From NCBI GenBank assembly GCA_944326385.1, contig CALVDT010000039.1, positions 17,144 to 81,143 of the forward strand: a stretch of DNA of 64,000 bases, in the 5' to 3' direction. The notes under the pieces were generated by a model, which worked only from the letters and a program-made list of their open reading frames with translations, made no database searches and was not told the DNA's origin. How positions within the stretch are numbered: position 1 is the stretch's first letter; each line of letters begins with the position of its first letter. Made by a program: the position numbers and the translations under genes. This document shows, in pieces, positions 30,587 through 40,351 of the stretch. Source of the DNA: an uncultured Bacteroidales bacterium. GTDB lineage: Bacteria; Bacteroidota; Bacteroidia; Bacteroidales; UBA932.

Positions 30587-31594
30587 TCAAAATCTTTTCC
30601 TGCTGTTCAGTACGACATATATGATCACGGGGATTCCTGCCAGTGAAGTGACTGCGTTGACCGGTATGACAGCCCATTCAGCCACGATGCTGCAGGCAGA
30701 CATCAGGATGGCTCCGCAGAGGATTGTCGCAGGTATGAGGACTCTGTGGTCGGCGTTTCCCGTGATGAGCCTGGCAATGTGCGGGACGGCCAGCCCGATG
30801 AATCCGAGCGGACCGCAGAATGCTGTCACTGTGCCGGCCAAAAGGATTATCGTAATGAATACGAGTCTTCTTGTCCGCTTGATGTCCGCTCCCATGGAGA
30901 CAGCGTAGCTTTCCCCGAGAAGCAGCAGGTTCAGAGGCTTGCAGGCTGCCGCAGCCAGAGCTGTCCCGGCGGTGACGGCTATGGCGAGTATCAGCAGACC
31001 GTTGTCCGTGACATTCCCGAGCGACCCCATGGTCCAGACGACATAGGCTTTCAGTGCCTGTTCCTCGCTCATGAACTGCAATATCTGCACTGTCGCATCG
31101 ATGCCCGCTCCGAGCATCATGCCGATGATAAGTATGGCAGTGATGTCTCCTATCTTGCGGCTGGCGGCAGAGATGACGGCAAGTACGGCTGCGGCTCCTG
31201 CCCATGCGGCACCGGCTGTCCCGATGCCTGACAGGAGCTGGCTGCCCGGGACAGGAGCGGCTGCGGAAATTCCCAATACACAGATTGCGGCTCCGAGAGA
31301 TGCACCGGAACTGACTCCGAGGACGTATGGTCCTGCGAGAGGATTCCTGAACAGGGTCTGCATAAGCAGTCCGCTGACAGATACTGCTATGCCTGCCAAT
31401 ATCGCTGTTATTGCGGCCGGAAGCCTTATCTCTTTGACAATGATGCCTGTCTGTGCGGGGATGTCACCGCCTGTGAGGGCTTTCCATACTTCAGCAGCGC
31501 TGATCCCTGTGCTTCCCGTCGTCATGTCTGCGACAAACAGGCCTGCCAGCAGCAAGACGCCTGCTGCCCACATGATCTTGTTTCTTCTTTTCAT
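30587..31594 (-). CDS. btuC: FecCD-family ABC permease
   Basis: IRLP, QTLFRNPLAGPYVLGVSSGA and GPLGFIGLAVPHIAR. Confidence 0.88.
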   Translation of the reverse strand: MKRRNKIMWAAGVLLLAGLFVADMTTGSTGISAAEVWKALTGGDIPAQTGIIVKEIRLPAAITAILAGIAVSVSGLLMQTLFRNPLAGPYVLGVSSGASLGAAICVLGISAAAPVPGSQLLSGIGTAGAAWAGAAAVLAVISAASRKIGDITAILIIGMMLGAGIDATVQILQFMSEEQALKAYVVWTMGSLGNVTDNGLLILAIAVTAGTALAAAACKPLNLLLLGESYAVSMGADIKRTRRLVFITIILLAGTVTAFCGPLGFIGLAVPHIARLITGNADHRVLIPATILCGAILMSACSIVAEWAVIPVNAVTSLAGIPVIIYVVLNSRKRF

Positions 31595-32736
31595 TCCAGT
31601 TTGCGGTAATAGTAGAGACTGTCCTCCATTGAAGTTCCGGGATGGAAGATGCTGATCAGGTCTTTCAGGACAAGGTCAGGCCTGACGGCCCCTGATTCCC
31701 AGAAATCGCTGCCGCCTCCTTCCGTCGATCTTTTGTCGCAGCTGTAGACGTTTCCCTTTCTGACACATTGTGCATTAGAGAACACCGGATATGCCGCTGC
31801 AAGCCGGCTCAGGGAGGTGAATTGTCCTGTATTCAGCCAGAAATCAGCCTTGGAGACCAGCACGAAGGCTTCTTCGAAACTGATTGCCGAAGACCGGACA
31901 GTGGCCGAGGTGCCGGTGTCGTCCTTGAATATGTATTCTCCTCCGGCATCATGTATCATGGCAGCCATGGCGGATTTGGGCGAGGCCATGAACCATTTGT
32001 CTCCGTATGGGGTGTTCAGCATTACCTGCGGCCTTGCGGAACCGGAAGGGACGGAGGCTTTCAGCGCATTGTAGCGCTTTTCCACTTGCCGGAACGCCCT
32101 TTCTCCTTTTTCCCTGCATCCGGCAGCTTCTGCCAGGGCTATTACCCATTCCGTGCGGCCGAGCGGGTTTTTCTCCATATATTCCCCTATGTAGAGATAA
32201 GGTATGCCGAGCTGGCGGAGTCTGTTTTCCATTGCACTTGCCGAATTGATGCCGTAAAGCAGGACAAGGTCCGGTCCGGATGCTGCGAGAGCCTCGAAGT
32301 CGGCATCGGCTTCGTTTCCGACATCGATTATGGAGTCGCGGTGCGATTGTACGAAGCTGTCGCTTATGAATCTTATCCCGGATACGGCTTTTATCCTTTC
32401 CTTTTCATCTATCAGGTCCAGCATGGCGATATGCGAAGATGACATGGCGGCTATCCTTGCAGCGTCTCCATACAGAACCTGTCCCTCGAAGCCGGCAGGG
32501 GGTTTTTCTCCGTCGCGGGCGATGAACAGGTCGAAGACTGCTGTCCCGGCCTCCTGCCATGGCTGCCTTACTCTGATGACTCTGCTCTGACTGCCTTTCA
32601 TCCCGAGTATTTCAAAGCCTTCTGCATATTCGGGGGAATAGCAGACGGTGTCGAATGCCGTAGGGGCATTCCGGTTTCCGCATGATACTGCTGCCAGCAG
32701 GAGAAGCGGGAGGATGATGTCATGTATCGGTTTCAT
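31591..32736 (-). CDS. btuF: ABC substrate-binding lipoprotein (BtuF-like)
   Basis: Lipobox VS-C; EYMEKNPLGRTEW and DFWESGAVRPDLVLKDL...FHP. Confidence 0.85.
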   Translation of the reverse strand: MKPIHDIILPLLLLAAVSCGNRNAPTAFDTVCYSPEYAEGFEILGMKGSQSRVIRVRQPWQEAGTAVFDLFIARDGEKPPAGFEGQVLYGDAARIAAMSSSHIAMLDLIDEKERIKAVSGIRFISDSFVQSHRDSIIDVGNEADADFEALAASGPDLVLLYGINSASAMENRLRQLGIPYLYIGEYMEKNPLGRTEWVIALAEAAGCREKGERAFRQVEKRYNALKASVPSGSARPQVMLNTPYGDKWFMASPKSAMAAMIHDAGGEYIFKDDTGTSATVRSSAISFEEAFVLVSKADFWLNTGQFTSLSRLAAAYPVFSNAQCVRKGNVYSCDKRSTEGGGSDFWESGAVRPDLVLKDLISIFHPGTSMEDSLYYYRKLE

Positions 32737-34859
32737 CGTTTTTTCAGAAAATGAGGTGTAATGCCAATATAGAATTCATAGTTTATTCCCGGCATGGGTC
32801 TCGACAGGACTGAAACGTATTGTTCGCTGAAAAGATTGCGGATACTGAGTCCCATGTCGAGATCGGCCCATCTGAAATCCAGTTTCCTGCCGAGGTCGAG
32901 GTCGTTCATTATGTAGGGCGGGACTGAGCCGGAGTTGTCGGAGGTGGTGTATCTCCGGCTGTACCAGCACCATTTCCAGGTGACGGACCATTTTTTCCAT
33001 GACAGCCCGGCTGTGAAGGAGGCGGCAAATTCAGGTATGTACTGGAGCTGCTTTCCTGCCGAATGGTCACCGGCGGTGCTGTCGCTGCCTGAGTCTATGG
33101 ATGGAGACCATGTGAAATGGCTGTCGATATCCAGTTTCCAGTCTCTTGCCATTTTCCAGGACATGCGCAAGGCTTGTTCTATTCCGTATGCATGGACCTT
33201 CATTACATTCACCGGAGTCCAGAAGTCCTTTCTGGCTCCTTCGGGGACCCATAGTATCCAGTCATCGATCCAGGAGTCGAACCATCCTCCGGCAGCACTG
33301 ATTCCGAGTCCGGATGGGAATTCCTTTGCAAGAGAATAGCCGAGGTCGTAACTGATCCCGGACTCCGGTCTGAGATCTGGATTGCCTCCCGGAAGGAAAT
33401 ACAGGTCGTTGAGTGTCGGGTATCTGTAATTCATTGATGCTGCGGCTTTGAGGTAGAGGTTCCAGTTTTCCCATATCAGCAAGTCAGCGTTCAGGGCCGG
33501 AAGTGGAGGGGAAAAATCCTTGCCGTCCATCTCTTCCCGTAAGGTCAATGCCAGTGCGAGAGAGCGTGATGCCTGCCATCTGGCTGTGGCCGATGCCGAC
33601 ATCTCGGCTCTTGCCCCTTCGTATCCCGGAATGCCGCCTGTCTGGGTGAGGGCGCTTCTGTCTGTGGACCTGATGGAATGCCAGTACCCTGACAGGGATG
33701 CGGAAAGGAGCAGGCGTCGCCCCAAGTATTGTTCGTGTCCGGCAGACAGGTATACGCTGTTCGACCTGCTCCGGGATTCTGTAATATACGTTATCGGGTT
33801 GTTGCCGTTTCCGAAAGCGTAGTCGTAGCCGAGTCTTGTGCCGGAATATCCTGCTGCAGCATGTGTCTTCCCGTTTCCCCGGTTCATGGACCAGCGCAGC
33901 ACCGTTCTCAGGCTTTGTTCCTTTTGCCTGTCCATGTAGTCTTTCGGTGTGCCGTAGTCTACTGTCTGCAGGGGCAGTTCCCTCCAGGAGTCGAGATACC
34001 AGGCAGAGAGTTCCAGCCGGCCTCCGGTGCGGAATTTCCAGCCGAATCCCTGCATTATGTGCAGGTCTCTGTATTCCCCGTTGCGGTTCTTTTCCACGGG
34101 ATGCCAGCTGTCGATGATATTCATGTTTTCATCATATTTGATTTCCTTCTTGTCCATGTTCGTGAATCTGAAGTCGTTCTTCGATGTGGAAAGAAGTATT
34201 TTCGTGGATGTGCTGAAACGTCTGCCGTTGTAGCCCGCTTCCAGATATTCGTCGGCAGTCAGCCATGAGCCGAATCCCTGGATGTATCTGAGGATCGGTC
34301 CATGCTTTCCCGTCGAGTCTTTGCCCGGGGAATCTTTCTTTGACGAGGCTGACTTCGGAGAGGTTGTTTCCGTCATGTTTGTCTCCAGAAGAATGGCTCC
34401 TCCGAGCCCGCCTGAGACTTCCTGTAGGGAGGATGCTCCGTGAAGGACGGTGGCTGCGTCCATGAAAAAGGCCGGTATCAGGGAGAAGTCCGCTGTCCCG
34501 AGCATGGGTGAACTGATTTCCATTCCGTTCCAGAGGACTCTGGTGTGTGACGGGGCAGTGCCGCGAAGTGACACTGTGGATATGGATGAGCGTCCGTGCT
34601 GTTTGATGAATACGGCGGAGCTGTACGACAGCAGACCTGCAAGCGAAGACGAGATGTTCCTTTTTAGGGCAGTGCTGTCGATTCTGGTGTCGAATATACC
34701 TGTCCGGCTGAGCAGATGGTTTCCATAGACTGTGGCTTCCGCGATGGAGTCTCTTCTTTCATCGACTGGGACAGGGACAGGCATGGCGGCAAGCCGGCCT
34801 GCCTGGAACGGGAGGCTCGCTGCAATGATGATAAGGCATATGCTGATTTTCCGGTCCAT
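32733..34859 (-). CDS. btuB: TonB-dependent cobalamin receptor
   Basis: Plug motif SLRGTAPSHTRVLWNG and YRYPTLNDLY...GGNPDLRPE; located in the riboswitch operon. Confidence 0.85.
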   Translation of the reverse strand: MDRKISICLIIIAASLPFQAGRLAAMPVPVPVDERRDSIAEATVYGNHLLSRTGIFDTRIDSTALKRNISSSLAGLLSYSSAVFIKQHGRSSISTVSLRGTAPSHTRVLWNGMEISSPMLGTADFSLIPAFFMDAATVLHGASSLQEVSGGLGGAILLETNMTETTSPKSASSKKDSPGKDSTGKHGPILRYIQGFGSWLTADEYLEAGYNGRRFSTSTKILLSTSKNDFRFTNMDKKEIKYDENMNIIDSWHPVEKNRNGEYRDLHIMQGFGWKFRTGGRLELSAWYLDSWRELPLQTVDYGTPKDYMDRQKEQSLRTVLRWSMNRGNGKTHAAAGYSGTRLGYDYAFGNGNNPITYITESRSRSNSVYLSAGHEQYLGRRLLLSASLSGYWHSIRSTDRSALTQTGGIPGYEGARAEMSASATARWQASRSLALALTLREEMDGKDFSPPLPALNADLLIWENWNLYLKAAASMNYRYPTLNDLYFLPGGNPDLRPESGISYDLGYSLAKEFPSGLGISAAGGWFDSWIDDWILWVPEGARKDFWTPVNVMKVHAYGIEQALRMSWKMARDWKLDIDSHFTWSPSIDSGSDSTAGDHSAGKQLQYIPEFAASFTAGLSWKKWSVTWKWCWYSRRYTTSDNSGSVPPYIMNDLDLGRKLDFRWADLDMGLSIRNLFSEQYVSVLSRPMPGINYEFYIGITPHFLKKR

Positions 34860-34886
34860 TCTTCAGATCGTGACTTGTCTCCATCT

Positions 34887-36203
34887 TCAATACCAGCAGA
34901 ATGAACCGGGACAGACGCCTGCTTCAAAACTGTCCCGCAGTTTCCCGTCGGATGAATAGCGGTATACGGTTCCGTTCTGCTGGTAGTCTATGGCGTCGGA
35001 AACGTATATTTCGGAAATTCCTGGCCGGACAGTGAAATCATAGAAATTCCTGCCATTTCCTCCTGCTATCAGAGGCGTTTCAGGCAGTGCGGTATCTTCG
35101 ATTGACATGGCATAGATGCCTCCGTTCAGGAAAAACAGACTGTCCTTGTCTGAGTTCATGTCCATTGAAGCTACGTAACTTCCCTCCGGAAAGGTGAAAG
35201 TCTTTTCCACTGTCATGTTTCCGGTGTCAATCAGTTTCAGCGTCGGCTGTTCTGACCCCACTTCCGTCCAGTAGCCTCCTCCGTCGTTCATCACCCATAG
35301 TTTTCCGTTGCGGTCAGCCCGGATGGCAACCGGTTGGATGCCTGTTTCAAGTCTGGCGGTAACCTTGTCGCTTGCCGGGTCTATCCTGAGTATTTCCTTC
35401 TGGTCCGACCAGCAGTTCACGAATATTGCCTGTCCGATCTGTACTATCTGTTCAGTGGAGGTTGCTCCGGTGTCTATGTTGCCCGAGACAGCGTAGGCCG
35501 ACGGATCCACTATCGCTATGTCACCGCTGCCCATCTGTGTTACATAGGCTTTGTCTTCCGATACGAAGTGGATATACCGTGGAGAGGCCAGCCCGTCTGT
35601 AATCCTTCCTTTTTCCTTGAAAGTCAACGGATCCACTGCGAATATCACATTGGAGTTGTTCACTGTGATCCACAGGGTCCCGTCATGGAGGGTCATGGAT
35701 TGTGCCGTGTCTCCGAGTTTCTGCCCGTTTGCTCTTTGGAAAATGCTGTTCTCCACTTGTCCTGTGGCCGTACTGTAGCAGCTGAGCGATGCGTTGCCAT
35801 AGCCGAACTGGCCTTCATTTGCTATGAACAGGACAGGCCCTGCGTCCGGACATATCGTCATCTCATCGTCCTGCCCGTCATCCCATTTCATGCAGCCCGA
35901 GATAGCCAGACAGATGACGCCTGCATTGATGATTTTCCGCAGTGCCGGCTGCGCCGGATGATGCTTCTTCCGCTGTGCAGCAGTCCTGTGCTCCCGCTCC
36001 AGCCTTTCCTCCTCCTGCGGTTTCTGGGTTGTGTGTATCTGCGCTTTCTGTTCCGGGTGTATCTGCGGTTTCTGTTCCGGGTGTATTCGCGGTTTCTGGG
36101 TTGTGTGTATCTGCGCTTTCTGTTCCGGGTGCATCTGCGGTTTCTGTTCTGTTGTCTGCGTCCGGGTTTGAATCCACTGTTGGTTAGTCTGAATGATTTT
36201 CAT
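34887..36203 (-). CDS. btuG: BtuG-like B12-binding beta-propeller surface lipoprotein; start uncertain, long repetitive N-terminal extension
   Basis: ISG-CMKWD lipobox, NEGQFGYGNASLS, LGDTAQSM, SPRYIHFVS and DAIDYQQNG...PGSFCW; directly upstream of btuB. Confidence 0.85.
   Translation of the reverse strand: MKIIQTNQQWIQTRTQTTEQKPQMHPEQKAQIHTTQKPRIHPEQKPQIHPEQKAQIHTTQKPQEEERLEREHRTAAQRKKHHPAQPALRKIINAGVICLAISGCMKWDDGQDDEMTICPDAGPVLFIANEGQFGYGNASLSCYSTATGQVENSIFQRANGQKLGDTAQSMTLHDGTLWITVNNSNVIFAVDPLTFKEKGRITDGLASPRYIHFVSEDKAYVTQMGSGDIAIVDPSAYAVSGNIDTGATSTEQIVQIGQAIFVNCWSDQKEILRIDPASDKVTARLETGIQPVAIRADRNGKLWVMNDGGGYWTEVGSEQPTLKLIDTGNMTVEKTFTFPEGSYVASMDMNSDKDSLFFLNGGIYAMSIEDTALPETPLIAGGNGRNFYDFTVRPGISEIYVSDAIDYQQNGTVYRYSSDGKLRDSFEAGVCPGSFCWY
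36015..36155. repeat. 24-bp tandem repeat (about 5.8 units) in the btuG 5' region
   Basis: Units CTGCG(G/C)TTTCTG(GGTTGT/TTCCGG)GTGTAT start at 36015, 36039, 36063, 36087, 36111 and 36135. On the minus strand they encode (P/A)QIH(PE/TT)QK. Confidence 0.9.
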
Positions 36204-36459
36204 GATTATGCCGATTTTGTCGTTTTTGTTTACCGTTCTGGTTCCTGGTCGTGTCCGGCACAATGAAGTATATGCTAAGAATATCCCCGGTCCGTCTGTG
36301 GATTTGTCCTCGTCAAATGATCTGTCCGTCATTGATTTGAGACTGCGCATCGATGTGGTAGTCACACCGGTGGATTTGTCTTCACCAACGGCTTGTCTGT
36401 CAATGGTGACTTTGGGGGAAATCCGGCATCCGTACTCCCGCAGTGCCTTTTCCTGTGAT

Positions 36460-36700
36460 CCGGCAGGTCTTCTGGCTTATCTCATTCTCGACACCTTCCC
36501 GCTTTGCAGCAGTGGCTCATGTGAAAATACTTCAGGCCTGTCCTGTGTGCCTTCATCAGGCATCTGCCAGTGACTTGTCCTTTGTCTTCTGCCCGCTCCC
36601 TGTCGGAAATCATATGCGGCAGAAGGAGAAATACAGCAACGGGTATTGTTCCGGATTCCCACCGGATTCCCTATTAAGCCGTCTCCGGCACCGTATCACC
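36460..36700 (-). ncRNA. Cobalamin (B12) riboswitch
   Basis: Minus strand: AATAGGGAATCCGGTGGGAATCCGGAACAATACCCGTTGCTGTA ... GCCACTG ... GGGAAGG ... AAGCCAGAAGACCTGCC (B12 box), upstream of the btu operon. Confidence 0.93.
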
Positions 36701-36703
36701 CGG

Positions 36704-36711
36704 CAAACATA
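36704..36711 (-). promoter_or_regulatory. -7 box (TATGTTTG) driving the riboswitch/btu operon
   Basis: TAnnTTTG immediately 5' of the riboswitch on the minus strand. Confidence 0.65.
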
Positions 36712-36765
36712 CGCAATAGAATCAAGCAATACAAATTTTATTCACTCATTCCCTCCTTTCTCCCT

Positions 36766-37017
36766 CGACCACTACCGGTTTCCATTGGTTTCTGGTACTG
36801 GTCGTGTCGCGTTTGCTGCGACCACTACCGGTTTTGCCGCGATATTGGTGCTGGTCGGCAATCGTTTGCCGCGACAACTGCCACTTTTGCTGTGATATTG
36901 GTACTGGTCGTGTCGCGTTTGCTGCGACCACTACCGGTTTTGCCGCGATATTGGTGCTGGTCGGCGATAGTTTGCTGCGACCACTACCGGTTTTGCCGCG
37001 ATATTGGTACAGGTCGC
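36766..37017. repeat. 53-bp palindromic tandem repeat array A (about 4.7 units)
   Basis: Units start at 36766, 36819, 36872, 36925 and 36978. Each is CGACCACTACC-N17-GGTACTGGTCG-N14. Confidence 0.92.
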
Positions 37018-37160
37018 GCCCCACTTAGTGTAAAGCCGCCCCATTTAATGCCATTCTTTTAATCCCTCATTTGCAGAAACTTATCCTCGGTTTGCGAACG
37101 CCTTCACTCATAAATCCCTAAAAATGCTCACATTTCGTCCACCGTCATTCATCTGCATCT

Positions 37161-37213
37161 TTTGTTTATTTGAAAATTAATTTATAAATTTGTAAACATT
37201 GTGCACGTACACA
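37161..37213 (+). promoter_or_regulatory. PUL-2 promoter (-33 TTTG / -7 TAAATTTG) with an overlapping palindromic operator TGTGCACGTACACA
   Basis: TTTG at 37161-37164, a 20-nt spacer, TAAATTTG at 37185-37192 and a 14-bp near-perfect palindrome at 37200-37213. Confidence 0.65.
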
Positions 37214-37232
37214 TAATTAAAAACAGCACTAA

Positions 37233-38791
37233 ATGACACTGACGCCATCCACAAGAATCAATTCCCTGCTTATGGCCTCCGTGCTTCTGATTGCAGCATC
37301 AAGTTGCGAAGGAGCACAGGATAAACCGGGCACTGAACCGGGGGGGGGAGCTCTACAGATGATCTGACATGGTCCGCAACCGGGGCCGGGACCGAACTCT
37401 ACAAATATTCACCGGCAGTAGTCCCTTCTCAGTTCTATACTGTGGAAGTCAACGGTGAGAACGCTTTTGTCATACCGGGTATCGATGTACCTCAGGGCAG
37501 CCAGCCCGAAGAGGAACACCACATCTGCACATTCGGCTGCGACGGGGAAGTGCTGGTCGAAGTGAATCCTCTTGCCGAGACGATAAAGGAAGCGGAAGTC
37601 CTGCCGAAATCCAAAGGCTACAAATACAGGATAGCCGACGGAGTCCTTCAGGTGATGCTCAAGCCTGGAGACCGGGTGTCCGTGGAGATAAACGGCAAGG
37701 AGGACGAGAGCCTGTTCATCTTCGTGAATCCGCTTGAAACATCAAAGCCTTCAAAAGATGACCCGGATGTCACATATTATGAAGCAGGCACAGTGACCGA
37801 AGCCGGATCCTTGTCCGTACCTTCAGGCCATACCTTGTATATTGAAGGCGGTGCCATTGTCAAAGGAAATCTAACCTGCGCGCAGAACTCTTCCGATATC
37901 ACGATAAAAGGCTGCGGCATCTTCGATTCCAGAGGGGTCAATGCCAGGGCAATACAGTTCCACAAGATATCCGGCCTTGTCATTGACGGCATAACCATGC
38001 TCAACGACATAAACTGGACTACCTTCATAGCGGAAGGTACCGACATCGCAATAAACAACTACAAGGTGGTCGCCGTCTACAATCCGGAGAACAGCTCAGG
38101 CTGCGAAAACGACGCCATTGACTTGCTTGGATGCAGAAATGCCAGAGTAACAGGCTGTTTCGGCTATGCCCATGATGACATATTCTGTATAAAATCATGG
38201 AAATGGTCCTACAAGGGAGAAGTCGAGGATGTGGTATTCGATGACTGCATTGCATGGAACTACAGAAGCGGCAACTCTTTCGTGGTAGGGGCGGAGACCG
38301 GCTGCGACATAAGTGGTGTCACCTACCGGAACTGCATCAGCATCCACAGTGCCGGAAACCCTTCGGGGACATTGAACAGGGGAGGGTTGAGTGTGCATCA
38401 TTGCGCAGGCGGACATGTCCAGGACATCCTTTTCGAGAATATCACGCTTGAAGACTGCAAGGAATACGGCATCCATATCGACATAAGGGAATCATACGTT
38501 TCCAATCTCGGGAATGACGAAGGCAACAACCAGATCCCGTTCTCCCCTGGTACGGCCGACGGCATAACGCTGAGAAACATCAATATCATGCAGGCTCCAC
38601 CGAAGGGCAATTTCCTTTTCGGATATGATGCCGCACACAAGATAACGGGCCTTGTCTTTGACAACGTCTGTCAGGAAGGTACGGAAATCACCGCCGGCAA
38701 TATCACGACCTTCTTCGATCCAGCCATGTCCTATCAAAGGAACGGACATATCTCCTACAATCTGACGAACGTCGAATACGATTTTGAATAA
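37233..38791 (+). CDS. Beta-helix glycoside hydrolase lipoprotein (GH28/GH49-like), frameshifted at a G9 tract (37340-37348)
   Basis: ATG at 37233 gives signal MTLTP...LLIAASS-C, then a stop after G9. The downstream frame resumes at 37349 (SSTDDLTWSATG...) and joins ORF 37442-38791 with NDAID and HDDIFCIKS motifs. Confidence 0.8.
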
Positions 38792-38811
38792 CACACCATA
38801 CTGATAACGCA

Positions 38812-40305
38812 ATGAGCTCCTTTACACAGACAGTTGCGGCTCTGGCCGCGCTATTATCTGTCGCCTGTACATCTTGCGACACGAAGACATACCGGACAGG
38901 GGAGTCGGAACCGCCGGTGGATACCGAAGTATATACGGAGGATGTCGAATATTACAATTTCGCACCGACAGTCCCTGAATCCACCATATATGCCGTGAAG
39001 GCAGCAGGGGAATATATAAAGGTCTTGCCGACTACGGAACCTCATATCGCATGGCTCGGAGTGGACGAGGGTAAGGCGAAATTCGAGATATCGCTTCAGG
39101 GTGAGGCTGTCGAGTCCGTGGTCGTGCGTCCTCTCGGGAAGAACTATGACTACAGGATCGAGAACGGCAGGATCGTGATGGGGCTGGGGAAATACGACCG
39201 TGTGTCCGTGGAGATAAACGGAGACATTGAAAATCCCCTCTTCATATTCGTGAATCCGGTAGATGAGGTGCGCCCGTCGAAAGACGACCCCGCAGTGAAG
39301 TATTTCGAGGCCGGGCAGATATACGAGGCCGGTGATATAGTGCTTTCTGAAAGTTGCAAGGAAATCTATCTCGAACCCGGAACATATGTCAAAGGGAACA
39401 TTCTGGGCGTAGATCTGGACGGGGTGAAGATACATGGAGGAGGTTTCCTGGAGACCCGGGAGGGTGATGTAGGCCGTTATTCAGAGTTCTACCAGCCATT
39501 CTCCATAGCCCTGAACAGGTGCCATAACGCAGAAGTCAAGGATTATACTCATCTTTTTGCGGCTGGCGGATGGTGCTCCCTGTTCACGAACTGCGACAAT
39601 TCAAACATCATCAACGTCCACACTATCGGGACCGAGACCGAGCCGGGAGTCAAGACGAACAATGATTCCATGGATATCATCGGAGGGAAGAACGTGCATG
39701 TCACACACGCCTTCCTATACGGGCATGATGACTGCTATTGTCTCAAATCCCAGAAATTCAAGCTGAAAGGCGAGGTTGACGGAATATACTACGAAGATTG
39801 CATAGGCTGGAACCTTCAGGCCGGAAATACTTTCGAGATAGGTTACGAGACGAATATGGACATAAACGACGTCCAGTACAGGAATGTCTATGCCATCCAT
39901 TCAGGCACCTCGGGTTCAGACATGCGTCGAGCTGCCTTCAGCATACATAACGGTGCTGCAGGAACCATATCCAACATCCTCTACGAGAATGCATATGCCG
40001 AGGATGTCATGGAATTCGGCATATATCTCGCCTGCCTTGACCACAGCTACAACATCGGTTATGACGATGACGGAAATGAACTGGAATACAGTCCGGGAAA
40101 GATACAGGGAGTCACATACCGGAATCTGAATGTACTTGCAGTCCGTGACGGGAAAGGCTATTGCGTTATAGACGGCTATGATGACACCCACGGCATATCC
40201 GATGTCACATTCGATGGTTTCCATTATCTCGGAAGGGATATAACCTCACTTGATGACAATATCTGGAGAATAAAGGAATATTGTTCGGACATCAAGTTTG
40301 AATGA
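38812..40305 (+). CDS. Beta-helix glycoside hydrolase lipoprotein (GH28/GH49-like), paralog of the preceding gene
   Basis: Lipoprotein signal (VACTSC). DRVSVEING...LFIFVNP...PSKDDP is shared with the upstream gene. NDSMD and HDDCYCLKS aspartate motifs are present. Confidence 0.78.
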   Translation: MSSFTQTVAALAALLSVACTSCDTKTYRTGESEPPVDTEVYTEDVEYYNFAPTVPESTIYAVKAAGEYIKVLPTTEPHIAWLGVDEGKAKFEISLQGEAVESVVVRPLGKNYDYRIENGRIVMGLGKYDRVSVEINGDIENPLFIFVNPVDEVRPSKDDPAVKYFEAGQIYEAGDIVLSESCKEIYLEPGTYVKGNILGVDLDGVKIHGGGFLETREGDVGRYSEFYQPFSIALNRCHNAEVKDYTHLFAAGGWCSLFTNCDNSNIINVHTIGTETEPGVKTNNDSMDIIGGKNVHVTHAFLYGHDDCYCLKSQKFKLKGEVDGIYYEDCIGWNLQAGNTFEIGYETNMDINDVQYRNVYAIHSGTSGSDMRRAAFSIHNGAAGTISNILYENAYAEDVMEFGIYLACLDHSYNIGYDDDGNELEYSPGKIQGVTYRNLNVLAVRDGKGYCVIDGYDDTHGISDVTFDGFHYLGRDITSLDDNIWRIKEYCSDIKFE

Positions 40306-40351
40306 CTCTCTGGATGATCCAACGAAAAACCAATAAACCAATAAGTGAAGT

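Noticed and set aside
36766-37017. CRISPR array interpretation of the 53-bp repeats (also 58447-58606)
   Set aside because: The intervening 17- and 14-nt segments are too short and recur between units rather than being unique spacers. No cas genes are in the window.
36443-37062. ORFs 36443-36895, 36646-37062, 36746-37024 and 36804-37028
   Set aside because: They are translations of the riboswitch antisense strand and the 53-bp repeat array, with no protein-like features.
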